Assembly: GCA_046350855.1 (NCBI GenBank)
Contig: JAXLZM010000001.1
Span: 153,420-217,419 of the forward strand
DNA length: 64,000 nt
Origin: Candidatus Anderseniibacteriota bacterium
Lineage (GTDB): Bacteria; Patescibacteriota; JAUYIX01
Direction of reading: 5' to 3'
Under the pieces are notes generated by a model. That model worked only from the letters and a program-made list of their open reading frames with translations, did no database searches and was not told the DNA's origin. Position 1 is the first letter of the stretch. Every line of letters starts with the position of its first letter. This document shows, one piece after another, positions 48,229-57,256 of this stretch. The position numbers and the translations under genes are program-made.

Positions 48229-48528
48229 CTTGATCTCCTTGCTGAACCACTGCCGCAAGTGAATGCGGCATGCGTAGTCCAAGGTGTTTGTTGTTAACGA
48301 ACCATCCCATCACACACGTTCCAAGCCGTTTCTGGAACGTTCCTCTATAACATTCTTGGAACTCGACGTCAATCAAGGTGCAGCTATTAAAAAACTAGTC
48401 CGATCCTCAGATCTCCCCTGCTAAAGGGTTTTCTTTTGTACAGTTGTGTTCTGCCAAAGAGCCTGTAATACTAGTCGACTAGGCATCTTGGAGTGCACCT
48501 TGTCATCGATCGTTTACGGAGGTGAAAC

Positions 48529-49032
48529 ATGAAACGCATACGTGGATTTGTCTGCGGGGTGACGCGGACGGATGAGCAACACATCCTCTACGGCCCGCAC
48601 CGCGACAATCCTCAAACCTACCAGGCCCTGGAGTGCAACGGGCTACGCGCCTACCGTGAAGAATTCCAGGCCCTCAAGACCTGTCACGACGCCTTTTTAA
48701 ACCCTAACCCGTTTGGCCATATCAAGTGCTCGCGGCTTGGGTATCTCGACCTCTGTTTGGCAGAGACCGAGGAGGACCTAGCAAGCTTTAAGCACCAGTG
48801 CTACTTGGTCGCAGTCATGTTTCCGGTTCCGCTTGGTGCTGACCCCGGGCAGTATGAACTCTTTGGACCACCCAGGGTAAACGGCGGCGGATTTGAGGGA
48901 CGCCAGAGTTGTCGGGAAAACGGCTGGCAAACCTTTGAGTCCTTTGTGGTGGCCAACCACATCCGCACTGAGCTCATCCGCCAGACCTGCTGTCCAACGA
49001 CACTGGCCATCCTTAAGTTACATTTTCGCTGA
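48529..49032 (+). CDS. Hypothetical protein
   Basis: GGAGGT SD; terminator at 49032-49060. Confidence 0.7.
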   Translation: MKRIRGFVCGVTRTDEQHILYGPHRDNPQTYQALECNGLRAYREEFQALKTCHDAFLNPNPFGHIKCSRLGYLDLCLAETEEDLASFKHQCYLVAVMFPVPLGADPGQYELFGPPRVNGGGFEGRQSCRENGWQTFESFVVANHIRTELIRQTCCPTTLAILKLHFR

Positions 49033-49107
49033 CCCCTTGGTTCTACCTAGGGGTCCTTTTGTTACCACTTTATGAGGGTCAGGGCCTGTGGTAGTCTCTT
49101 GCTACCT

Positions 49108-50439
49108 ATGCGCACTACTTCCCGTAAGCAGGCTTCTCGTGCAGGTAGCACCATCGCCCTGGTCCTCTCGGCTATCGCCCTGACGGCCTCACTATGTATG
49201 GTTCAGACTAATGCGGTGACGGCGCTGGGGGTGATCCAGTTTGGACACGGTTGGTACAAGGCGGGGGGTCAAACGGGTGCGGATGTGATCGGGGGTGACA
49301 TCGGCGACGAGTCGATCCCCGACGTGGCGCTACGACCCAATGGACAACCCTGCGCAGCTTTTATGAGTGCGAGTGGCTCCGGCGCCGCAGATATTTTGGT
49401 CGGGTGCTTTAACGGCTCGATTTGGACGGGACCGGATAACGGCAATGGCTATAGCAACATTAGCAACTCCCCCTTTGCTAGTGAGAACCCCGACATCGCC
49501 ATCGCCCCAGATGGTACGCTCTATGTGGCTTGGCTGGAGAGCACTAAAGCAGGCCCAATTCCCGATCGAGAGGTTCGGTTGGTCTTTTTTGACGGAACGA
49601 ACTGGAGCGGTTTTACCGGTCCCTATGACGTCGTGAGTCAAGGCTTAAGCGCCGGTACCTCAATAACTTTGGCGATAAACCCAATCGATGGTCATCCGGC
49701 CGTGGCCTGGAACTCAAAATATCAAGAGAGCGTGCTGTACCGGGAGTGGAACGGTCTCACCTGGAAAGGCCGAACCGGCAGCTACGACAAGATCAACGGT
49801 ACCCAGGATAAAACGGTTAACGCGCTAGAGCTCTCGCTCGCCATGGGCAGCAACCAGGCGCCGAGCGTGCTCTGGACCAACTACGATGGTGGCGGCTACG
49901 GCGAGATTCTGTTTCGCCGTTGGGATGGCAGCAAGTGGCGCGGCTACGTCTCGACTAACTCCGATAACTTGAGTTTGACGCCGCTTAAGAGCGAACATCA
50001 AGCACGCTTAGCACTCTTTAACGACGGCCGACCTGCGGTCACCTGGGAGGATGCCACGGTCAATGAGCAGGTGCGCTATCTCGAGTGGAGTGGCGCGATG
50101 TGGCGCGGACATGGGGGTGCCACGGCGGACACGGTACAGAGTGGCAGTAATGGCGCCTCGCCGACACTGGCAATCAACCCGGTAACCAATGCCCCCGTGA
50201 TTAGCTATCTGTTTTTTAGCGGGAGTGCTAACCAGATGTACGTTACCCAGTGGAACGGCGGCTGGGTTGGGCTAGCCAGCACACCACAAACGCAAGTCGA
50301 TCTTAAGGACGCCTCGCTCAACAACGCCCACTACCAGCAAGCCGCCCTGGATGCCACCGGCCACGTGCACCTGGTCTGGTACTACACTCAGCAAATCCCG
50401 GTGGCGAGTCTCAACGTGGCTTACACGCGTTGGAAATAG
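49108..50439 (+). CDS. Exported beta-propeller-like repeat protein
   Basis: Signal/TM segment, then about 6-7 repeats of (W/F)(N/D)G..W.G ... LA.....P.V.W. Confidence 0.75.
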   Translation: MRTTSRKQASRAGSTIALVLSAIALTASLCMVQTNAVTALGVIQFGHGWYKAGGQTGADVIGGDIGDESIPDVALRPNGQPCAAFMSASGSGAADILVGCFNGSIWTGPDNGNGYSNISNSPFASENPDIAIAPDGTLYVAWLESTKAGPIPDREVRLVFFDGTNWSGFTGPYDVVSQGLSAGTSITLAINPIDGHPAVAWNSKYQESVLYREWNGLTWKGRTGSYDKINGTQDKTVNALELSLAMGSNQAPSVLWTNYDGGGYGEILFRRWDGSKWRGYVSTNSDNLSLTPLKSEHQARLALFNDGRPAVTWEDATVNEQVRYLEWSGAMWRGHGGATADTVQSGSNGASPTLAINPVTNAPVISYLFFSGSANQMYVTQWNGGWVGLASTPQTQVDLKDASLNNAHYQQAALDATGHVHLVWYYTQQIPVASLNVAYTRWK

Positions 50440-50458
50440 TGCGCGAGAGCGTTCGTCT

Positions 50459-51259
50459 TTAGGGGAGCGGTTCACCCAAAGTAACCCGGGCCTGGTAGGC
50501 GTTTTTGAGTTCGTCCCCGTAAAAGACTTGGTAGCCTTTGCGTTTGTAGCCCAACACTGTAATTGGAGCAAAGGGTTTACAACCGGAGGGAGTTGGTCCG
50601 GAGCAGACTTGCTGGTCGTTTTCGGCTAACAGCGCCGCCCAGCGAATCACGATCGGATCAGTGCTTGCATCACAGGTCGAGTTGTCGAGGGTCGCAAAAA
50701 TTTGCCAGGGCATTCCGGCGCTAACCTTGACCGAGTTGCAGGTCTGGTCACCCTGTGTGACGGTAACCTCACTCGGACCTTGCCAGGAGACGCCCAAGTC
50801 GATCGTGCGATACCAGCGCTCGACCGCCGGGGTCGGTTTGAGGATCACTCGACCATAAATTTTTTCTAAAAAGCGCACCGGGCCAGTGGGATCGTCCGCG
50901 TTGTAGACCGCCCGGGCCGAGACTTCTTTACTGCCGCTCAAAACAGCTTGTTCTTCTGCACTAAACGGGATGGTTTTAACTTGGCACATCCCAAACGGAT
51001 CGCACACCACCATCTGATCCATGCCTAAGCCCGGTGAGAGTTTTTGGATGGTGACCGCATCCGGCTGAACATAGTTTTGTTTAATCAGCATGTCGCTGGA
51101 CTGGGTAGTGACCGGGTTAGTTTGCGAGGCGTTGGAGGACGTTGTAGCACCAGAGCTAACGATTGTACCGGTCTGCGCTCGCCGAGAGAGCCAAAAGCCG
51201 AGTGCGCCTACAATGATCGCGACTCCGACTACAGAGAGCACTAGCCAAAGCTTTTTCAT
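50459..51259 (-). CDS. Membrane-anchored hypothetical protein, paralog of 51337-52188
   Basis: N-terminal TM, S/T-rich linker, Asp-box-like RTIDLGVSW. Confidence 0.75.
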   Translation of the reverse strand: MKKLWLVLSVVGVAIIVGALGFWLSRRAQTGTIVSSGATTSSNASQTNPVTTQSSDMLIKQNYVQPDAVTIQKLSPGLGMDQMVVCDPFGMCQVKTIPFSAEEQAVLSGSKEVSARAVYNADDPTGPVRFLEKIYGRVILKPTPAVERWYRTIDLGVSWQGPSEVTVTQGDQTCNSVKVSAGMPWQIFATLDNSTCDASTDPIVIRWAALLAENDQQVCSGPTPSGCKPFAPITVLGYKRKGYQVFYGDELKNAYQARVTLGEPLP

Positions 51260-51291
51260 GGAAGTGTGCTCATGATAGCGAAAGTCGTCCC

Positions 51292-51330
51292 AAAAGAAAA
51301 AAGACCGTTCCCCTCCAGAGAAACGGTCTT
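51292..51330 (-). terminator. Intrinsic terminator
   Basis: AAGACCGTT...AACGGTCTT hairpin with a T tail on the minus strand. Confidence 0.75.
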
Positions 51331-51336
51331 GTTGTA

Positions 51337-52188
51337 CTACGGCACGGGCGTGCAAAGCGGAACTTTGGTGCTGAGGAGCGATTCTCCCTGCATCACCTGA
51401 TAACCGCTCCGCTCTTCGTGCAAGATGAGCATTGGCGCAGTCGGACCAAGCGTAGCGCTCACGAGACCCGGGGTTCCATCCTGTGCGCTCGTGGTGCACT
51501 CGTTGTCGATGAGTGTCACCGCAAAACGCGAGGTGTAAAAAGCACCCGGGATCGGATCGCACGTGGTGTGATCCAACGTCATCCCCGCCTGCATTGAGAT
51601 CGTGTCATCGACTTGATCATAGATGCACTTTTTGGGCAGGGTGAAGAGTTCTCTGGGTGAGTCCCACGAGTGGCCACCGAGAGCAGTGTTGTACCAACGC
51701 TCCATGGTATCCACTTCTTGACTCAAAACCCTAAAGTACCCCTTGGTCCACATCTGGGCACCAGCCGGAGTATCGATCCAGACTAGCCTAACGGAGTACT
51801 TGGGCGCACCCTGTTGCCCCGTAGCAATAGCAGATTCGGTCGCGTCGTAGGGGCAGTAGACCACCTGGCAACTGCCTAGGTCATCACAGACGAGCATCTG
51901 TTCTCCCGTCAAAAAAACGACGGGCTGCGTCTGGGTAGCCCAGGCTGGCTCGGTCGGTCCGCCGACGTGTACGGTCGCGTACGTCTCACCATCTGAGACG
52001 ACCCGCAGGTTAGCGAGTAGATCGGAGGAGTGCCGATAGACGACACTCTCGCGACCCGTCGGTTTACCGGGGCCGTTGTCCGCAGCTGGGTCGAAGTTGA
52101 ACTCGACCCAGGAGAAGTCGGCCGCCTGCGAGCGACCGAGGCATGTACATGCACAGAGGACGCCGATCAAGACGGCTTGCTTCTTCAT
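51337..52188 (-). CDS. Exported hypothetical protein, paralog of 50459-51259
   Basis: Signal peptide, GGAGG SD, promoter TTGACA-17-TACAAA at 52247-52219. Confidence 0.75.
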   Translation of the reverse strand: MKKQAVLIGVLCACTCLGRSQAADFSWVEFNFDPAADNGPGKPTGRESVVYRHSSDLLANLRVVSDGETYATVHVGGPTEPAWATQTQPVVFLTGEQMLVCDDLGSCQVVYCPYDATESAIATGQQGAPKYSVRLVWIDTPAGAQMWTKGYFRVLSQEVDTMERWYNTALGGHSWDSPRELFTLPKKCIYDQVDDTISMQAGMTLDHTTCDPIPGAFYTSRFAVTLIDNECTTSAQDGTPGLVSATLGPTAPMLILHEERSGYQVMQGESLLSTKVPLCTPVP

Positions 52189-52298
52189 GAAAGGAACCTC
52201 CCCTAAAAGGATGGCCCGTTTGTACCAGATTTTTTATTACCTGTCAAGTCGGCCAGCACACGTACTTGGCACAAATCCGTTATGTCAGCGTGAATAGT

Positions 52299-54770
52299 TT
52301 ACCCGCGAAAACTAAAGAGGTTGAGGAGGTGCTCACGGAGACTTTGCCGACCGCTGCCGCTCGAGGCAGGGCTGCGGGTCTCGGTTTGCGGAGTGGCTTG
52401 GCCCGTACTTGAGTCGACCACGAGCCAGTCAAAGACCACATCCTCGCTTGGAGCGTTGAGGAGTTCGACCGTAAAGCCATGCGTGGATACACTTGTGACT
52501 TTGTAGGTAGCAAAACTATGCGGAGTGAGTAGGACGTGCGGCGCACTGGCGTAGTTGCTGCTAAAGGTTACACTCGCCTTGGTCTGACCTTTTTTAACCG
52601 TGACGCTGCCGGCCGTGTCGCGCCCGACCGTAAGATGCCCGTTAATGGTCATGGCCCCCGCTACACGCGCATCGCCATCGACTACCAAGCTACCGGCCTG
52701 GATCTGACCTGAGACCTCGAGCGTGTTGGTGCTGATATGGTCGGCAAGTTCTTTGGTAAATGCTTTGAGCTCGGCCTGGTTACTCGCGGCAGAACCACTC
52801 TCCAAACTCAGACCGGGCAGCTCTTCCCCTTGGGTAACTCCGATTTGGCCAGCCTTATCGACGACGAGCGCGCCGCGCTGCGGCTGGAGTAAGACCATAA
52901 CGGTCTGATCAGCGTCAGAGCCCGCTCCGGAGGCCGAGAGGGCGATTCCGATCACGTTGTCAGCCGCCGCAGCGCGGCGCGCCTGACCAGCTTTGCTGGA
53001 TGGACCCACATAGTCCCCCACCTTGACCGGGCCGTTCTCGTCACTAAAGCGCACCGGAACTTGTCCGACTAAAGCTACCAAGGCGTCGTGCACGGTCTGA
53101 TCGGCAGGGTCGTTTTGGTTGGGGTTGTTACCGATAAAGGCCGGATTAGTCGAGACTACGCCGATCGCCAGATCCTCGGGTGCGCTGGACTTGCGCACAG
53201 CGTGTTCGGCCGAAGTATCCAACGTCACCAGGTCGCCTGGCAGGAGATCTGATTCGCTGGTGGTCATGTACTCAGCAAAGTCAGCGCCGGCCCCTGAGTA
53301 GGCTGCGTCCGCAAAGGTGCCACCCGTCGAGCTCACGCGCCAGACCCCGTTGTCGGTGCCATCCACGTCGGTGTTAAAAGCCATAAAGTTAAAGGTGTCG
53401 ACCGTCTCAGAGTTGGTGTTGATCTGCAGCAAGGCCGAGCGCTCACCACCGATCGTGAGCGGCTGCGTCAACGAGTTGTTGGTGGCATAAATGCGCATCG
53501 GACCGCCCGTTTGGTAGCTCGTGTCATTGTCCGCAAACTGCACATCGATGGCATGGTGGGCCGCGCCGGTGCCGCTGTCATCGATAACCAGCGAATTAGC
53601 GTTACCGTTTTGATCGATTGAGAGGGCCTCAGCGTCGGAGCTATTGACCACCACATTGATCGCACTAAAGTCGCCGTTTTGCGTAACAGAGATTGCGCTG
53701 GTATCGCGGTTGTTAAGGACCCGCACACCGTTGCCCAAGGTAGGGCCCGCGCTCAAATTGATATCGATACCGCTGCCGGAGGAACCCGTATGGTCAACAT
53801 CGATCGCATTGCCCTCGTCAGTTTGATCGATCTCGATACCGTTGGCCTCGAGGGCCTGGTTGACCTGTAGAGCAGGACCGGGGTCGGTTACTACGGTTGA
53901 TTTAGAAATCACCACGGACGGCAGCAAGTTGGCGCTGTTATTAAATGTAGTTACGCCATCGTCGCCAAAGGTAGCAAAGGTTGCGCCGCTATTTTGCAGC
54001 ACAAAATCGTTGGTACTGGTCAGATCAAACACCAGACCACCCTGGCCCTGTGCGTTGTCGATCGTCACCCGGGCTGGTGTCACAAAATTGTTGTAGGTGT
54101 CGTCCATATCGATGGTCGAGACGTCGCCGTCCGCACCCTGCGGTCCGGTTGGCCCGATCGGACCCGTCGGTCCAGCCGGTCCTGTCGCTCCCGTCGTACC
54201 AGAAGCACCAGCCGCTCCGGTGGCACCCGTCCCACCCGCTGTTCCAGCCGCACCCGTTGTGCCTGTTGCTCCCGTTCCTCCCGTCGAACCCGTCCCACCC
54301 GTGGTTCCACCAGTAGTACCACCGGTCGTACCGGTCCCACTTTGAGGTGCACAGATGTAGGTCTTACCGTCCGGTCCGGTCAACACGGTCCCCGGTTGTA
54401 CAAAATCCTTACCCAAATAGGCCGAGATGTCCCCGACCTGCGAGAGTTTGAGTGCTTGATCCTCCAGAGCGTCGCGTAAACCTTGTTCACTGGCGTACGC
54501 AATTGGTAGTTATCGTACGCCGCACGCGCCAAAGAGCGCTAACAAGAGCAACCTAGGCCGATAAAAAGATGCATGCGGCGAGAGCAGTGCTCGTGCCGAT
54601 CCTGCCAGGCCGAGAGGGTTTTCGCTGACGAGCTCGGTAGTCTCCCCAGGCTGACCAACTGGAATGTTTTGTCCAGTCGGACGGGTCAGGGGTGGACGGC
54701 CGGGTGAGACGGGCGAACCAGGGATCGGAACGTCGCTAGCTGAGCTCGAGGGGAAGGGTTGGTCGGGCAT
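52299..54770 (-). CDS. Surface fibre/adhesin: TM anchor, Gly-X-Y collagen-like tract, beta-helix region, peptidase G2-like intramolecular chaperone; in-frame TAA at 54510-54512
   Basis: [19 protein letters not shown]; GADFAEY...PGDLV...IGVVSTNP...VALVGQVPV; ORFs 54510-54770 and 52299-54416 share one frame. Confidence 0.75.
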
Positions 54771-54783
54771 AGAGAAGTTCTAC

Positions 54784-55797
54784 CTAGTATAGCGCAGCTG
54801 GATTATGCTGCCCATCCGCAGCCTGGCCGGGCTGCATGCCAATGGGACGGGTCACGGTGCCAAAGCGCTGCCGGATCACAAAGGGGTTGCCGCGATAGGG
54901 TTGGTAGCTCGAGCGGTCGGCAAACAGCCTAAAGGTGTTGCTGCCTACGATAAAGCTGTACTGGCCCCGTCGATCGGTGACGGCCGTCTCTAAAACACGG
55001 TTGAACTTAGTATCCAAAATGCGCACGACGGAATGCGGCAAGGGTTCGTTGGTGAGGGTGTCGGAGACGTTCCCCCAGGGACGACCGTAGGGTTTGTAGG
55101 TCAAGCGCTCAAAAAGGACAAAGAGTAGTAGGTGTCCTGCGAGCAGGGCCCAGGATTGCCAGTTCCAGGCAAAGACCGTGCAAATAGCACCCACGATGAT
55201 GCCAGTGTAGGCCAAGACTGAATGGAGGGTGCGCCGAGACTCACGACGCAAGGCTTGCTTGAGGGTGACGCGATCCTCCGGCCCGTCGATCGGTAGGTTG
55301 GCCTCGAGTGGACCTTTGGCGGCGTGCGCTACCACCCCTCCCGTGTAAATCGGTCCCACCGTAGTGTCGAACTTTTCGCCGGCAAGTAGGCGCGTCGGAA
55401 ACTCAAAGCCCGGTTTACTCACAAAAAAGCGGTAACGCCCCGCCGGCAAGAGAGCCAAAAAGCGCCCCTCTGCATCCGTGACGCGGGTGGCGACGATACG
55501 TTGGCGGTCGGCATCGATAATCCGTACGAGTGCGAGATCAATGGGACGCTTGCTCAAGCTCTCAAAAACTTGCCCGTAGCCCTTGCGTCGCCGACGCAGC
55601 AACAGCAATCCAGGCTGCGTAAAAATCTGCTGGAACAGCCGGCCGAGACTGGCCAACGGTACCGCGACAGCCAGGTTGACCGCAGCGACAAAGAGAGCAA
55701 GTGGGTTGAGTACATAGGTAAATAACCAGCCCAACGCAACCGCCGGGATCTCCGGCAAAATCGTGGTGGGACTGAGGAGGTGACAGACGGCGTTCAT
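54784..55797 (-). CDS. Membrane protein with two carboxypeptidase-regulatory-like (beta-sandwich) domains
   Basis: G.V.ES....PI.LALVRI...VTDAEGRF and G.V.DT....PL...VVRI...VTDRRGQY. Confidence 0.8.
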   Translation of the reverse strand: MNAVCHLLSPTTILPEIPAVALGWLFTYVLNPLALFVAAVNLAVAVPLASLGRLFQQIFTQPGLLLLRRRRKGYGQVFESLSKRPIDLALVRIIDADRQRIVATRVTDAEGRFLALLPAGRYRFFVSKPGFEFPTRLLAGEKFDTTVGPIYTGGVVAHAAKGPLEANLPIDGPEDRVTLKQALRRESRRTLHSVLAYTGIIVGAICTVFAWNWQSWALLAGHLLLFVLFERLTYKPYGRPWGNVSDTLTNEPLPHSVVRILDTKFNRVLETAVTDRRGQYSFIVGSNTFRLFADRSSYQPYRGNPFVIRQRFGTVTRPIGMQPGQAADGQHNPAALY

Positions 55798-55917
55798 GAG
55801 AGAATGATTTCTATGCCTATTAAAAGCAAAAGCAGTATAAGAGCAATGAGCAGACCAGATCGCTCGCCACGCTTTGAGCGACACATTCCACCGCAACACA
55901 GCACTGGGTCACAGGTC

Positions 55918-56490
55918 TCAACCGACATGGCCGTTTTTTAGAGCGATTTGTGTGATTTTGCCGAGGTGTGCGACACGACGCACTGCCAGTGCGGAGACGA
56001 GCACTCCAATAAAAAAGACGAGGACGCCTGTCACTGCTAAATAAAAAGCGCCATTAATTGGGACCTGGGTTGCTAAACCACCCTGTTCAACCAGCCAAGT
56101 ACGGCCGGTCTCGACAATCAGTAGCGCAATAGCAAACCAAAGGCTGATCATTGCAAAAGCAGTAAGGTACCCCAGTCGGATCAAGTGGACGTGCGAAAAA
56201 AACGGCCGGAGTAGAAAATGAATCAGCATGATGGTAAAGGCACCGCCAAGACTGTAGACCAACCGACCGTAGAGATCGATCACTGGGAGGCTGGGTAAAA
56301 CCGTGTAGCTGACCGTGCGCAGACTGGGATAGTAATGCGGTAGGGCAACTCCTGCTTGTTGGATTAAAATATAGAGGACCGGTGCGGCGGTCACAAAAAC
56401 CGCAATCGAAGAGGTAAAGAGTGAACCTCGGTAGCTCTGTTTTTTGGTCAATTTGCTGGGCAAAGGCGGTGGAACAGGATGGTTACTCAT
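55918..56490 (-). CDS. Hypothetical membrane protein (about 4 TM)
   Basis: Hydrophobic segments; ATGA overlap with the upstream gene. Confidence 0.7.
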   Translation of the reverse strand: MSNHPVPPPLPSKLTKKQSYRGSLFTSSIAVFVTAAPVLYILIQQAGVALPHYYPSLRTVSYTVLPSLPVIDLYGRLVYSLGGAFTIMLIHFLLRPFFSHVHLIRLGYLTAFAMISLWFAIALLIVETGRTWLVEQGGLATQVPINGAFYLAVTGVLVFFIGVLVSALAVRRVAHLGKITQIALKNGHVG

Positions 56491-56942
56491 GCGCGGCGTG
56501 CCTCCAAGATAAATGAAATCCCCATCGTGATAAACGTGCAAAAAGCGAGAGTGACAAAGAGCGCAGCAAAGAGCTGTCGTCGCCAGGTGGAGGCGTGACG
56601 AAGATGCCCAAAGACGATCAAAACCAAAAGGGGCAAAGCGATACAGATGCCAAGGGCGGTCAGGTGCTCCTTAAAGGCAAATAAGGCGGCACTACTTGGT
56701 GTTTTTTCGAGCGTACTCCGCAAAAACACACTAAAATGGGGGTACAAAAGGGTTCCAAAACCAAAGCTGGCTAGGTATAAAAGCGTCGCCGCAAAGCCGG
56801 CGAGCTGAATGTGTTTCCAATTGTGTGCTGAGACCGCCAGTAAAAAGATCAACCCCATCACAAAGGCAACAAACATACCGAGCGCTGCAATGCCGTGCAG
56901 GGTTCCCGCAAGATCGTACCAGCCATCCGCAAAAGGAATCAT
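56487..56942 (-). CDS. Hypothetical membrane protein (about 4 TM, His-containing)
   Basis: LHG...FKEH motifs; ATGA overlaps on both sides. Confidence 0.7.
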   Translation of the reverse strand: MIPFADGWYDLAGTLHGIAALGMFVAFVMGLIFLLAVSAHNWKHIQLAGFAATLLYLASFGFGTLLYPHFSVFLRSTLEKTPSSAALFAFKEHLTALGICIALPLLVLIVFGHLRHASTWRRQLFAALFVTLAFCTFITMGISFILEARRA

Positions 56943-57196
56943 GAACGCGCCATGATCGAGATAATGATATGCACCAAAACCAGTAGAATGGTGAGCCAGG
57001 CAAAAAGTTTGTGTGCTGCCGTAAATTGAAACCACCCATAGCTATCTTTTTGGTCGCGTCCGGGTCGTCCCCCGCGCCAGGGCAAGCGGTTGCGTGCCCA
57101 CGGCATCACAAAACAGGTCGTAAAGTTAAGTACGAGCGCAAGGGCCGCTAGCCGACCGCTCCACAGGGTAAGTTCATGGAGGAGCTTGGTACTCAT
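56939..57196 (-). CDS. Small membrane protein with H-x13-H helix
   Basis: AAHKLFAWLTILLVLVHII; GAGGAG SD; TGnTAATAT -10 box. Confidence 0.7.
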   Translation of the reverse strand: MSTKLLHELTLWSGRLAALALVLNFTTCFVMPWARNRLPWRGGRPGRDQKDSYGWFQFTAAHKLFAWLTILLVLVHIIISIMARS

Positions 57197-57256
57197 GATT
57201 CTCCTCTATATTAGCACACGTTTTTGGCCAGATCGCTAGCGGCCATCAGGGCCATT

